Of a stretch of DNA of 64,000 nt, positions 10,173 through 23,319 are shown piece after piece. Within the stretch, counting starts at the first letter, position 1, and the number at the start of each line of letters is the position of its first letter. The stretch is from an uncultured delta proteobacterium (lineage in GTDB: Bacteria; Myxococcota_A; Polyangia; Palsa-1104), in contig CAWAWS010000009.1 in the NCBI GenBank assembly GCA_963785725.1, positions 64,001 to 128,000 of the forward strand. The letters are read 5' to 3'. The notes below the pieces were generated by a model, which saw nothing but the letters and a program-made list of their open reading frames with translations, ran no database searches and was not told the DNA's origin. The translations under genes were made by a program, and so were the position numbers.

Positions 10173-10781
10173 GTGAAAACGTTGCTTCTGGCTTTGCTCG
10201 TATTCGGCTGTCTCGCCGGAGTCGCGACGCCTGCGCGCGCGGATTGGGTGTGGGTCAATCGGCATCATCATTACAACCCTTACGCGCGGCCGCACTTCTA
10301 CCTCGGCATCGCGCCGGTCGCGGTCGGCATCTTGTCGGAGACGGGGCCGAACTCGTATTTGTCGTCGGGCGGCGGGTTCGATCTGTTCCTCGGCGTGCGC
10401 GCCAACAAGTGGTTCGCGCTCGAGCTCGGCTGGCAGCCGACGTTTCACAAGCCCGAGTACGACCAGTTCGGGCAGCAAGTCGATCGCATCGGGCTGCAGG
10501 CGCTCACGCTCGACGGTAAGTTCTACTTCGTGCACGGGCCGATTCAGCCTTACGTGACGGCAGGCGTGGGCGCCTATCTGCTCGGCGACAGCTTGGACGT
10601 GTTCGCCGAGGGGCCCGGCTTTCAAGTCGGCGGCGGCGTCGACTTCTGGATCGGCCCGCACTTCTCGATCGGCCTCAAACTGCAATATCGCGGCATCGAC
10701 ATGATCGACGTCGACCCGAATCGCGACGACACGTTCATCAGCATGATCACCGGCGCCGTCGATTTCGCCGTCCGCTTCTGA
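10173..10781 (+). CDS. Outer-membrane beta-barrel protein (OmpA-like transmembrane/porin family)
   Basis: GGAGG RBS, signal peptide ending ARA, alternating aromatic strands (QPYVTAGVGAY, GFQVGGGVDFW) and a terminal Phe. Confidence 0.85.
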   Translation: MKTLLLALLVFGCLAGVATPARADWVWVNRHHHYNPYARPHFYLGIAPVAVGILSETGPNSYLSSGGGFDLFLGVRANKWFALELGWQPTFHKPEYDQFGQQVDRIGLQALTLDGKFYFVHGPIQPYVTAGVGAYLLGDSLDVFAEGPGFQVGGGVDFWIGPHFSIGLKLQYRGIDMIDVDPNRDDTFISMITGAVDFAVRF

Positions 10782-10888
10782 TCTGACGTTCGCGCCCGCG
10801 CCCGCGAGGCAGGCGACCCCAACGGTCGATCCGAGCTCCGCGAGACCGCGCTCGATCCGCTCGCCGCAGAATTGGCGACTGCTCCGCC

Positions 10889-11814
10889 CTACCCCAGCGC
10901 TTCCGCCGCCATCGACGGATCGAAATTCGCCCCGCAGACCAGCACGGCCACGCGCTTGCCGGCCGTCGCCACGTGCCCGCCGGCGACCGCCGCGACCGCC
11001 GCCGCGCCCGCCGGCTCGACGAGCAGCCGCGACTCCTGCCACAGCCGCCGCATCGCCGCCCGCAGCTCGTCGTCGCTGACCAGCACGACCTCGTCGACAT
11101 AGCGCGCCGCCAACGCCAACGTGTTGGGCCCGACCGCGCGCGGCGCCAACGTCCCCGCGATCGTATCCACCCGCTCGAGCGCGACCAGCCGCCCTGCCGC
11201 CAAGCTGTCCTTCATCGCCGTCGCCCCCGTCGGCTCGACGCCGACGACGCGCACCGACGGCGCCAGCGACTTCAGCGCCAACGCCACGCCGCCGATGAGC
11301 CCACCGCCGCCGATGGCCACGACCGCAACGTCGACGCGCTGTAGCTGCTCGAGCAGCTCGACGCCGATGGTGCCCTGCCCGGCGATGACCTCGGCGTCCT
11401 CGAACGGATGCACCAACAGCGCGCCCGAATGCTGGGCGTGCTCGACGGCGACGGTCCACGCGTCGTCCCAATCGCGCCCGTGCCGCGTGACCTTCGCGCC
11501 CAGCTCGACGAGCCGCGTGGCCGTCGACTGCGGCGCGCGCTCCGGCAGATACACCATCGCCTGCGTCCCGCGCTGCTTCGCCGCCCACGCGCAGCCGAGC
11601 CCATGATTGCCGCCCGACGCCGTCACGACGCCCGCGCGCAGCGCCTCGTCCCCGACGGCAAACAGCCGATTACACGCCCCGCGCGCCTTGAACGATCCCG
11701 AATGCTGCAGCTGCTCGAGCTTGAGCCAACAATCGTCGCGCCAATGCAGGATCGGCGTCTTGCGCACGTGCGGCGCGATGCGCTCGCGCGCCGCCTGCAC
11801 GTCGGCGAGCGTGA

Positions 11815-11818
<4 letters not shown>
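10889..11818 (-). CDS. PLP-dependent threonine/serine dehydratase family protein
   Basis: [45 protein letters not shown]. Confidence 0.92.
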
Positions 11819-13156
<1,338 letters not shown>

Positions 13157-13193
13157 TCAGCCGCTCGGGGAGTCGGCGACGCGCCGCCGCGGA

Positions 13194-13571
13194 TCAAGGA
13201 TTGAAGTCGTTGGTGACGCGGACCTTCAAGTCGATCATGCCGCCTTTGTCGCTCGGGAAGCGGCCGACGACGACGGCGCGACCGCGCGACTGCTCGACGT
13301 CGCCGTCGTATTCGAACGAATGAACGCCCGAGCGCTTGATGGTGCAGTGCAAATTGGGGCCGGCGAAGCGCAGCTGCAGCGCGATCACGTCGCCGTTGTT
13401 GCGCATCCACAGCGTCGACGGCACGCCGTCGCGCGCCACGGCGACGATGAACTCGCCGGCGTCGCTGACGGCGACGTGGACGATCGCTTCGGACGTGCTG
13501 ACGGGCTCGATGGCGTGCGCGGCGGGCGACGACAACGAAACGACGAGGGCGAGGGCGGCGAACAGGCGCAT
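13194..13571 (-). CDS. Hypothetical secreted protein, 125 aa, beta-rich
   Basis: AGGAGG RBS and a signal peptide ending AHA; no recognised family. Confidence 0.7.
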   Translation of the reverse strand: MRLFAALALVVSLSSPAAHAIEPVSTSEAIVHVAVSDAGEFIVAVARDGVPSTLWMRNNGDVIALQLRFAGPNLHCTIKRSGVHSFEYDGDVEQSRGRAVVVGRFPSDKGGMIDLKVRVTNDFNP

Positions 13572-13597
13572 GGTGAATCCTCCTGAACTGCCGACAT

Positions 13598-13613
13598 AGC
13601 GAGCGCCGTGCCA
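13598..13613 (-). promoter_or_regulatory. Candidate sigma54 (-24/-12) promoter
   Basis: Minus strand TGGCACGGCGCTCGCT (GG-N10-GC), 26 nt upstream of the ATG at 13571. Confidence 0.55.
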
Positions 13614-13656
13614 CGCGGGAATCCGCGGCGTTGCGGCGCCTGGCGCGACAATTTGG

Positions 13657-14631
13657 CTACTGGCCGAGCGTCACTTGTGTCGAAACACCATTGATGGAGC
13701 AGGTGGCCGTCGTCTGCGTCACGCCGGCGGGCAAGCGGAACGTCGTGACCACGCCGGCGGGCAGCGTCAGCGACGGTTCCCACACCGCCTTGTCGTCGGC
13801 CGGGGCCATGATCGTGACGCGGGGGTCCGCGACCGTCCAGCCGCAGCCCAGGCCGTAGACGGGGCCGAGCGCATCGCTGGGCGTGGCGGTGACGTCGACG
13901 AGGTGGTCGTTGCCGTCGGTGGCGAGCGCCGGCGGCGCGGCGACGGCGGCGAGCGCGACAATCGCCGTCGGCTCCTCGATTCGCAACGTCAGCGCGAAGC
14001 TGGGACCGCCGACGAGGCCGCCGCTGATGCTGCCGGCGCCGGCGCCGCTGGCGACGACATCGTAGACGCCGTCACCGCTGGGCACGACGCCGACGCCGGC
14101 GGAGCCGGCGAGCGTCGTCGTGCCGATGAGCGCGTTGTCGGCGGCATCGCGCGGCGTGACGGTGAGCGCGACCAGCTCCGAGCTGGCGATGGCGACGCTG
14201 CCGTCGGACGACGGCGAGCCGATCACCGACTCGAGCCGCGTGGCCTGCACGACCGTGACCGTGACCGCGCCGGCGATGCCATCGTGCAGGTCGATCAGCT
14301 GCAGCTGCGTGATGCCCGGCTGACCGGCGGTGACGGCGACGGCGAGGATGCCCTGGTCGTCGACCGGGCTGCCGACGAACGTGGCGACGCTGGGATCGCT
14401 CGACGACACGTGCGCGATGGCGACCGCGTCCGCGCCCATCGCGATGTCGATTCTCGCGGTCGCGCCGGCGGCCATCGCGTCGTTGCCGACGGAGCAGTCG
14501 CTGCGCGTGCAGCCGTGGAACGTGTAGCTGAGCGCGTTGACGTGGCCGGCGCCGCAGCCGTCGTCGAGGCCGGGGCAGCCGGGCAACATGAAGAGGCCGA
14601 GGAGCGCGCTGAGAACGCCGAAGATTCGCAT
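13657..14631 (-). CDS. Hypothetical lipoprotein with probable tandem Ig-like beta domains
   Basis: MRIFGVLSALLGLFMLPGC lipobox-like start; SSSDPSVATF, VTAGQPGITQL and WTVADPRV resemble bacterial Ig-like repeats. Confidence 0.6.
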   Translation of the reverse strand: MRIFGVLSALLGLFMLPGCPGLDDGCGAGHVNALSYTFHGCTRSDCSVGNDAMAAGATARIDIAMGADAVAIAHVSSSDPSVATFVGSPVDDQGILAVAVTAGQPGITQLQLIDLHDGIAGAVTVTVVQATRLESVIGSPSSDGSVAIASSELVALTVTPRDAADNALIGTTTLAGSAGVGVVPSGDGVYDVVASGAGAGSISGGLVGGPSFALTLRIEEPTAIVALAAVAAPPALATDGNDHLVDVTATPSDALGPVYGLGCGWTVADPRVTIMAPADDKAVWEPSLTLPAGVVTTFRLPAGVTQTTATCSINGVSTQVTLGQ

Positions 14632-14757
14632 GCCGGCCGCCATTACCAGCGTCGTGCCAGCAGGGCGGTGACGCGAATTCACGTAGTTGCGCGCGGCAAA
14701 CGCGTCACGATCGCGGCGTGACTGTCGCAGCCGCAGCCGGCGCAGCGGCCGCTTCGG

Positions 14758-15897
14758 CTACTGCGAGCGCTTGTATTCGTCGCCGGAGAACTGGTAGCGC
14801 GCGTGGCGGCCGTCGGGTGTCGTCGCCCACGGCAACAGGACGGGGATGATGTCGCCCGGCGGTGACTCGGGCCAGGTCGCCGCCGAGGCGCCCTCGGCGC
14901 GCGTGGCGTCGATGACGATGTCGTTGGCGCGCCCGCGCTTGACGAACGCGACCTTGTTCTCGACGCGCCCTTTGTCGATCGACTTGCCGACCTCGGCCGC
15001 GAAGACGCGACGAATGTCGGAGTCGCCGAGCATGCGGTAGACGGCGAGCACCTCGTGGCCGTAGCCGCCGCCCTTCTCGGAATAGCGCACGACGACCGCC
15101 TGCCGACCGTCGCCGGCGAGGTCCAACAAGCGCGCATCCTTGACGTCGCTGCGCCCTTTGACGGGCAGCTCGGTGAAGACGTAGCCGTCGCCGATGAAGC
15201 CCAAGAAGCGGCCGGCCAAGACGACGCGCGCGCCGGTCTTGCCGTCGAGCCGCGCGTTCTGATCGAACCAAATGTCGCTGTGGCCGAGCTTGCAATCGGT
15301 CAAGAACGCGTCGAGCTGCCCGCCGCCGCCGCCGGCGTCGTTGAAGACGATGTTGCCGGTGACGCCGACGGTGCGCTCGGTCTTCATCTGCACTTTGGAG
15401 TCGCTGTCGGCGAACTGCGCGTCGAGCGCGATGGGCATGCCGGCGCGATAGCCGGGAATGGTCGCCATCGGAATCGCCAGCTCGACGGCCCAGCCGCGCT
15501 CCTGCAGCGCCGACACCGCCTTGAGCTTCGCCGGCTTCGATCCCCAGCGCGCCACCGTCGGAATGTCGCGCGCGTTGCCGGGATAGACGAGCAGCGGATG
15601 GCCGTTGAACCCGAGCGACAGGTGATCTTCGCCCGGATGGCCCGGCCGCGTGCGCACCAGATAGTTGTCGCGCACGTCGACGAGCAGCAGCATCGTCTTG
15701 CCGTCCTCGACGTTGCATTTGATCGTGAACGACGCGTTCGAATCCCTCGCGTTGGCGTCGAGGCCTTCGACGTCGTTCCAGTCGTCGACGAGGCCGTCGA
15801 GCTGGACGGTCCCCTTCTCGGCCGGACCGCAAGGGAGATCGGCTGCCGACGCTGGCGTGGCGGCCAAGAGCGCGCAAAGCCCAATGGCGTGCTTCAT
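14758..15897 (-). CDS. Secreted protein with an N-terminal CBM9/DOMON-like domain and an FG-GAP-like motif
   Basis: Signal peptide; LDGLVDDW...LLLVDVRDN...GWAVELAIPM...FADSD (CBM9-like); LLDLAGDGRQAVVV. Confidence 0.65.
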   Translation of the reverse strand: MKHAIGLCALLAATPASAADLPCGPAEKGTVQLDGLVDDWNDVEGLDANARDSNASFTIKCNVEDGKTMLLLVDVRDNYLVRTRPGHPGEDHLSLGFNGHPLLVYPGNARDIPTVARWGSKPAKLKAVSALQERGWAVELAIPMATIPGYRAGMPIALDAQFADSDSKVQMKTERTVGVTGNIVFNDAGGGGGQLDAFLTDCKLGHSDIWFDQNARLDGKTGARVVLAGRFLGFIGDGYVFTELPVKGRSDVKDARLLDLAGDGRQAVVVRYSEKGGGYGHEVLAVYRMLGDSDIRRVFAAEVGKSIDKGRVENKVAFVKRGRANDIVIDATRAEGASAATWPESPPGDIIPVLLPWATTPDGRHARYQFSGDEYKRSQ

Positions 15898-15927
15898 TGG
15901 GCGCGCAGTATATGCTAGACCACCCCA

Positions 15928-17528
<1,601 letters not shown>

Positions 17529-17896
17529 CGCCCGCGCGGGCGACGGTCGCGAGCGGGGCCGTCCCGCTCGGAGCCGCGCTCGCGGCGTCGTATTTCCGCG
17601 ATCCACCCAGCCTCGCCAGTCGCTCTCGCAATCAAGATGCCGCGTCCGCGCTCGCGACGTGTTGGCGCGCCGCAGCGCGACGCGGTCGACGACTCGCGGC
17701 GGCCTCGCGCCTCGGCGCTGCGACAGCATCGCGCGGCGATCCGGGCGCGCGGAATTCGCGGGCGACCGCTTGCGTCCAGGCGGCGACCGTACGGTTCGCA
17801 GCATCCTGCCGCTGGGGAATTCGCCGGCGACGGCTCCGTCCGAGCAGCGACGGCATGGCTCGCGGCGATCGCGCGGCTCGGCGACGGGCTACGACG

Positions 17897-18253
17897 TCAA
17901 TGCGGTGGCAGGAGTTGCGCGCGGCGCATGTCGTCGCCGCCTTGGCAGTAGACGACGATGCCCATCGTCAGCGTGATATCGAGGACGAAGTTGCCCGCGA
18001 CGCCGCTCCATAAGAGCGCCTTGTCGGTCGAGTCCTTGGGCGTGAGGCTCCAGCCTGCGCGGCCGAGGCCGGTGAACGTCAGCGCCGTCGTCGCCGCGTC
18101 GAGCAGGCTGCCGACGGCGATGAGCGACGCGCCCAGCACCTTCTTTTGATGACCGTCGCGGGCTAGTCGCGCGCGGTCGCCTTCGTCGGCGCGCGCACGT
18201 TGCGGAGGCGATGCCAGCAGCAGCAGACCGCACGCGAGCGACCGGAACCGCAT
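17897..18253 (-). CDS. Hypothetical secreted/membrane protein, 118 aa
   Basis: Signal-like N-terminus and two hydrophobic segments. Confidence 0.5.
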   Translation of the reverse strand: MRFRSLACGLLLLASPPQRARADEGDRARLARDGHQKKVLGASLIAVGSLLDAATTALTFTGLGRAGWSLTPKDSTDKALLWSGVAGNFVLDITLTMGIVVYCQGGDDMRRAQLLPPH

Positions 18254-18368
18254 GCGTCGACGATAGCAGATCGCGCCGATCGCGATCGGCTACGGCTCAC
18301 GTCGCCCGCGGGGCTTCACGCTTCCGAGCGGTTTCGCACGAGCGCCACCTGGATTTGTCGGTGCAAGC

Positions 18369-19025
18369 TCATCGCGCGGCTGCTCGCGATGCGTTTGCCG
18401 CGGTGAACTCGGCCACGCGACGGCAAACCTCGTCGGAATCGGCGCCGGCGAAGAAGTGGCCGCGACCGGGCAGCACGTCGAGACGCACGGACGGTCGGTC
18501 GGCGGCCCAGCCGGCCAGGCGATCGATCTCGCTGAATTGATCGGCATCGCCGCTGACGAACAGCCATGGCAAGCGTCGATCGAGCGCGCGTAAGAGGTCG
18601 CCGACGCGCGCGGCATCTTGGCCGAGAATCGTCGTCGGGAAACCGACGGCCGCCAGCGATGTCACCGAGGTGCCGGCGGCGATCGCCCGCGCCGCCATGA
18701 GCGCGCCGAAGGAGTAGCCGACCAGCGCCACTTCCGCCGCGCCATGGCTGCGCGCCCAGTCGACGGCCGCCGCCACGTCTTCGTGCTCGGCCAAGCCGCC
18801 CGTCGGCGCGCCGCCCGAGCCGTCGAGGCCGCGGAAGTTGAACCGCAGCGTCGACCAGCCCGCGGCCGCGAGCGCGTCGGCGAGATCGAGGACGAGCGGC
18901 GTGTCCATGCGTCCGCCGAACGCCGGATGCGGGTGGCAGACGACGGCCATGGGCGCGTTCGGTCGCCAGTCGACTTCGGCCGCGAGCGTAAAGCCGGCAG
19001 CGACGGGGATCTTGGCCTCGGTCAT
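18369..19025 (-). CDS. Alpha/beta-fold hydrolase (HPHP..GG type)
   Basis: CHPHPAFGGRMD, RFNFRG, nucleophile GYSFG, GDADQF, GHFF. Confidence 0.9.
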   Translation of the reverse strand: MTEAKIPVAAGFTLAAEVDWRPNAPMAVVCHPHPAFGGRMDTPLVLDLADALAAAGWSTLRFNFRGLDGSGGAPTGGLAEHEDVAAAVDWARSHGAAEVALVGYSFGALMAARAIAAGTSVTSLAAVGFPTTILGQDAARVGDLLRALDRRLPWLFVSGDADQFSEIDRLAGWAADRPSVRLDVLPGRGHFFAGADSDEVCRRVAEFTAANASRAAAR

Positions 19026-19035
19026 CCTCGCCTCG

Positions 19036-19905
19036 TCATAAGAGCACGTACAAGAGGCCGCCCAACGCCACCAGCGCCGCCAGTACGCCGACGACGACGA
19101 GGAGCAGCTCGGGACGTCGCGCGACCGCGATCGGCTGCGACACCGACGCCGGCGACTGCGACGACCCGGCCGCCTCCGCCTCCAGCTTGCGCAGATAGAC
19201 CTCGGCCGGATCGTGATAGCGCATCGAGGTCGCGCCCAACGTCACCGTCGCGCCGTCGTGCAGCTGACGGGCGCCCGAGACCTGCTCGCCGTCGACGCTG
19301 AGGACATGCGCATCGACGGCGCGAGCGCTCACGCCTAGCTCGTCGCGCACGAGCGCCGCGTGCTCGCGCCACATGTCGACGTCGTCGAGCCTCAAGTCGT
19401 TGCCGGCGGCGCGGCCGAGAATGTACGTGCGACCGACGTCGGCCAAGATCAAGACGACGCCCGTTTGCGGCCCATCGAGCACGCGCAGCGACGGCTGCGA
19501 CTCGCCGGGCCCGAGCCGCTCGAGGAGATCGCGCACCATGCCGCGCGCCATCGACAGCGAGCTCTCCGGCCGCGCTTCCGTGCTCGACGGCGGCAGCGAC
19601 ACCTGCAACGCATACTCGCCGATGCTGATGCGATCGCCCTCCTGCAGCCGCTGTCGCAAGCCGTTCGCCACCGGCGTGCCGTTCAGCCGCGTGCCGTTGG
19701 TCGAGTTGTCGTCGACGAGCCAATATTCGCCTTTGCGCCGCTCGATGCGCGCATGCACCAACGAGACGCGGGCATCGGGCAGGAGCACGTCGACGCCACC
19801 GCGACGACCGAGCAGGATCTGCGCGCGATCGGCGTCGAATTCGTAGCGGAATACGCGACGCGATCCGCTGTCGTTGCTCGCGCTCACCTCCAGTCTCAAC
19901 GGCAC
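19036..19905 (-). CDS. Double FHA-domain protein with C-terminal membrane anchor
   Basis: LGR...VSLVHA...STNGTRLNG (FHA1); ILGRAAGND...REHA (degenerate FHA2); hydrophobic C-terminus. Confidence 0.88.
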   Translation of the reverse strand: MPLRLEVSASNDSGSRRVFRYEFDADRAQILLGRRGGVDVLLPDARVSLVHARIERRKGEYWLVDDNSTNGTRLNGTPVANGLRQRLQEGDRISIGEYALQVSLPPSSTEARPESSLSMARGMVRDLLERLGPGESQPSLRVLDGPQTGVVLILADVGRTYILGRAAGNDLRLDDVDMWREHAALVRDELGVSARAVDAHVLSVDGEQVSGARQLHDGATVTLGATSMRYHDPAEVYLRKLEAEAAGSSQSPASVSQPIAVARRPELLLVVVGVLAALVALGGLLYVLL

Positions 19906-19917
19906 GCCCCCATCATG

Positions 19918-22293
19918 CTAGCGCGACGGCACGGCGGCAATATGGCCGTTTCCGTCGAGCGTCACGCTCACGCCGCCGTCGCGATCGGTGCGCAAGAGGC
20001 GCGCGCCGACCTCGAGCCAACGCGCGACCACGCCCGGATTGGGAAAGCCCCAACGATTACGCTCGCCGACGGACACCACCGCCAACGACGGATGCGTCGC
20101 GGCGACGAACGGCGCCGTCGAGGACGTCTTCGATCCGTGGTGCGGCACTTTGACCACGTCGGCGGCGAGCGTCGGTCCGGCGCGGGCGAGCACGGCCGAT
20201 TCGCCGTCGGCTTCGAGGTCGCCGGCGAACAGGATGCGGCGGCCGCGCCAGCGCACGTCGACGACGAGCGAGTTGTCGTTTTCACTGCGCGCGAGGTCCG
20301 TCGCCAGCGCGCCGGTCTCGTCGAACGGCGCCAGCGGCGCGATCAGCGCGCCACCGAGATCGAGCGGTCGCGGCCGCCCGATCGGCACGCCGTGTCGCGC
20401 CGCCGCGGCCAAGAGCGCGCGCGTGCCCGGCTGCTCGGTCGGCTGGCCGTTCGTCCACACTTCACCGACGGGAAACTGCTCGATGAGCGTCGCCAGGCCA
20501 TTGGCGTGATCGGGATGCGGATGCGACAGAACGATGAGGTCGATGCGATCGATGCCGCGTCGCCACAAGAAGGGCACGATCACTTGCTTGCCGGGATCGA
20601 AGCCGGGATCGAACGAGCCGCCGCCGTCGACGACGAGGACGCGACCGCGCGGCAGCTCGACGACACAGGCATCCCCTTGGCCGACGTCGAGGAAGGTGGC
20701 GGTGACCGTCCGCGAGGTCAGCCGCATGAGCTTGCGCGCGCCCATCGACGCCGTCACCAGCAGCGTACACACCGTCACGACGCGCCAGCTGCGCCGGCCG
20801 TGGAGGACGATCGCCGCCAGCCCGACGTACCACACGACGATCTCGGGCCAGATCGGCTGCGCCACCCGCCACGCCGGCGCTACGCTCGCGAACGCCAACG
20901 TAAAGCGCGCCATCGCACGCGACAGCAGGCCCGCCAACGCCAGCAGCGTCGACGCGCCCGGCAAGTGCAGCAGCGCCAAGAGGCAGCCGACGAGACCGAC
21001 CGGCACGATGCCCAGCTCCGACAGCGGCACGACCACGAGGTTGGAGAGGATGCCTGCCGGCGCCAGCTGCGAGAAATGCCAGGCCGCGATCGGCGCCGTC
21101 GCGACGATGGCGGCCGCCGAAGCCGCGACGAGCCGCAGCGCCCAGCGCGCCAGCCGACGCGGCCATCGGCCGCCGCGACCCGTCGGTGACCAGCGCCGCG
21201 CCAGCGAGCCGGTGCCGAGCGCAGCGGCAAAAGACAGCTGAAACGACGGATCGAACAGCTCCAACGGCGACGCGGACAGGATGACGAGCGCCGCGATCGC
21301 CAGCGCTTGCACGGCGGTCGTGCGCCGGCCGAGGGCGACGGCGCCGAGCCAGACCAGCGCCACGACGCACGAGCGCACCGTCGCCACCGCGGCGCCGGTC
21401 AAGAGCGTGTACAGGAGCACGGCCGGCATGGCGGCGGCGGCGGCATAAGGCTGCACCGGTCGCGCCGCGGCCAGCGACGGCAGACGAACCAAGAGGCGAC
21501 GCAAACCGACGTAGAACAGGAACGCCGCCATCGCCAGATGCAGGCCGCTCACCGACAGGACGTGCGAGACGCCGGCGGTGCGAAAGGCGTCGTCGAGCGG
21601 CGGCCGAATGTCGCCCCGGTCGCCGAGCACCAGCGACGACACGAGCGCCTCGGCGTCGCCGTCGAGCCGGGCGCGCACGTCGGCCAGCATGCGAGCGCGC
21701 CAATCGGCCACCAGACGCGCGAGACTGCGTTCGGGAGGTCGCGCCAAGCGCGACAGCGCCGCCGCGTGTGCGCTGCCCGTCGCCGCGATGCCGTCGGCCG
21801 CGGCGCGCCGGCTGGTGTCGGGCGCGCCCGGGTTGATGAAGCCGCGCGGCGCCCGCAGCCGCGTCGTCGCCCGCACCCAATCGCCCGGCAAGAGCGGCTC
21901 GAGCGGCGGACCATCGAGCATCATTAATACGCGCACATTCACGCGGCGCCGCTCGGACTGCCGCTCGACCGCGACGAGATCGATCGGCACACGTACGCCG
22001 CCCGTCGAACGCTCGGGCGCGGCCGCCACTTCGCCTTCGATCGTCCACGGCTCACCGTCGAGCAGCTCGAGCGGCGGCCGCGGTCGCGCGCCCGCTACCG
22101 CCAACGCGCCGAGCGCGAGCGACAGCGCGATCGCCGACACGCCGACGCGACTGCCGCGCCGCCGCGCCAGCAGGAGCGCCGCCGTCGCTGCCCCAGTCGC
22201 CGCCAGCGCCGCGCCGACGCCGGCCTGCGACCACTCGCCGGCGGCAACACCGACGACGAAGGCGAGCGAAACGAGCGAGAGCGCATCGAGCAT
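19918..22293 (-). CDS. comEC: DNA internalization competence protein ComEC/Rec2
   Basis: GVSHVLSVSGLH, SFQLSF, FLDVGQGDA, SHPHPDHANG, ENDNS, KVPHHGS. Confidence 0.95.
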   Translation of the reverse strand: MLDALSLVSLAFVVGVAAGEWSQAGVGAALAATGAATAALLLARRRGSRVGVSAIALSLALGALAVAGARPRPPLELLDGEPWTIEGEVAAAPERSTGGVRVPIDLVAVERQSERRRVNVRVLMMLDGPPLEPLLPGDWVRATTRLRAPRGFINPGAPDTSRRAAADGIAATGSAHAAALSRLARPPERSLARLVADWRARMLADVRARLDGDAEALVSSLVLGDRGDIRPPLDDAFRTAGVSHVLSVSGLHLAMAAFLFYVGLRRLLVRLPSLAAARPVQPYAAAAAMPAVLLYTLLTGAAVATVRSCVVALVWLGAVALGRRTTAVQALAIAALVILSASPLELFDPSFQLSFAAALGTGSLARRWSPTGRGGRWPRRLARWALRLVAASAAAIVATAPIAAWHFSQLAPAGILSNLVVVPLSELGIVPVGLVGCLLALLHLPGASTLLALAGLLSRAMARFTLAFASVAPAWRVAQPIWPEIVVWYVGLAAIVLHGRRSWRVVTVCTLLVTASMGARKLMRLTSRTVTATFLDVGQGDACVVELPRGRVLVVDGGGSFDPGFDPGKQVIVPFLWRRGIDRIDLIVLSHPHPDHANGLATLIEQFPVGEVWTNGQPTEQPGTRALLAAAARHGVPIGRPRPLDLGGALIAPLAPFDETGALATDLARSENDNSLVVDVRWRGRRILFAGDLEADGESAVLARAGPTLAADVVKVPHHGSKTSSTAPFVAATHPSLAVVSVGERNRWGFPNPGVVARWLEVGARLLRTDRDGGVSVTLDGNGHIAAVPSR

Positions 22294-22656
22294 GCGAGAC
22301 TTATCGGCGGGCGCAAAAAGAAGTTGCTAGGTGGCGACGAATTATTATTTTCGCGCGAGCAGGAAACTTTTTTTCGCAGCTCGCGATAATTCACCCGTCA
22401 TGGCAAAGCGCTGCGTCAAACGGGCCGGCCCGACGGCACCGACTGTCTCCGGCAGGGTCGGTCGCGCGCCGCTCGCTTCGGCGGGTCGGCTCGGGTATGG
22501 TCGGCGCCGCACCCCATGCATGATGCTCGCCCGAAACAATCCTTCGCCGATGCCCACCGTCGACCAGCGAGCGCGTCCGACCGCGCAGGCCATTGACCGA
22601 TGAAGGACCTCCGGTATCATCGTAAGACTCGGGGAAGGCTCGCCCCGGAGGGTGTG

Positions 22657-23319
22657 ATGGTCCGCGTGGGGCTCATCGCGATTCTCGTGGCTCTCGCAGC
22701 GACCGCGTCGGCGACGCCGGTTCGCGGCACGATCGCGTTGCCGGCCGAGCCGCGCGCGCCCGATCATGACGCGCATTGGCGAGTGGAAAACGGCGTGATC
22801 GGCATCGGACCACGCGTGCCCGATCCGCGGCTCGACGTCATCGTCGCCTTCGACGGCGCGGCGCCCAAGGATGCCAAGGTGCCGAACGCGACCGTCGAGC
22901 TGCACGGGCTACGGCTCGATCCGCGCGTCGTCGTCGTGCCGGTGGGCGGCTCGGTCGAATTCAAGAACAGCGATCGCGTGCCGCACACATTATATATCGA
23001 GCATGCGACGTCGCTGATGAAGCCGGAGCCGACACCCTCGCAGCAAGCGCGCACGCAAAAGTTCTATGCGGCGGGCGAATATCGCGTGCGCGACGAGGAA
23101 TTTCCGCATATCGATGGGGATGTCATCGTCTTGCAGACGCCGTGGTTCGCGCGGCTCGACGACAAAGGGCAGTTCAAGATCGAGCTGCCCGAAGGGAAAT
23201 ATACGCTGCGGGTCTTCTGGCACGACAAGTGGGTGGTGACGCAGCCGCTCGAAGTGGGGGCGAAGCAGGCGGAGGTCACCATCCAGGTGCCGGCGATAGC
23301 GACGGGGGCCAAGCCGTAG
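22657..23319 (+). CDS. Secreted protein with cupredoxin-like and carboxypeptidase-regulatory-like beta domains
   Basis: GGAGG RBS, signal peptide, VEFKNSDRVPH, GQFKIELPEGKYTLRVFW; abuts the next gene. Confidence 0.7.
   Translation: MVRVGLIAILVALAATASATPVRGTIALPAEPRAPDHDAHWRVENGVIGIGPRVPDPRLDVIVAFDGAAPKDAKVPNATVELHGLRLDPRVVVVPVGGSVEFKNSDRVPHTLYIEHATSLMKPEPTPSQQARTQKFYAAGEYRVRDEEFPHIDGDVIVLQTPWFARLDDKGQFKIELPEGKYTLRVFWHDKWVVTQPLEVGAKQAEVTIQVPAIATGAKP

Noticed and set aside
17530..17890. SRP RNA or another ncRNA downstream of ffh
   Set aside because: GC-rich hairpins are present, but no SRP domain IV signature (CAGG...GGAA...AGCAG) is visible.
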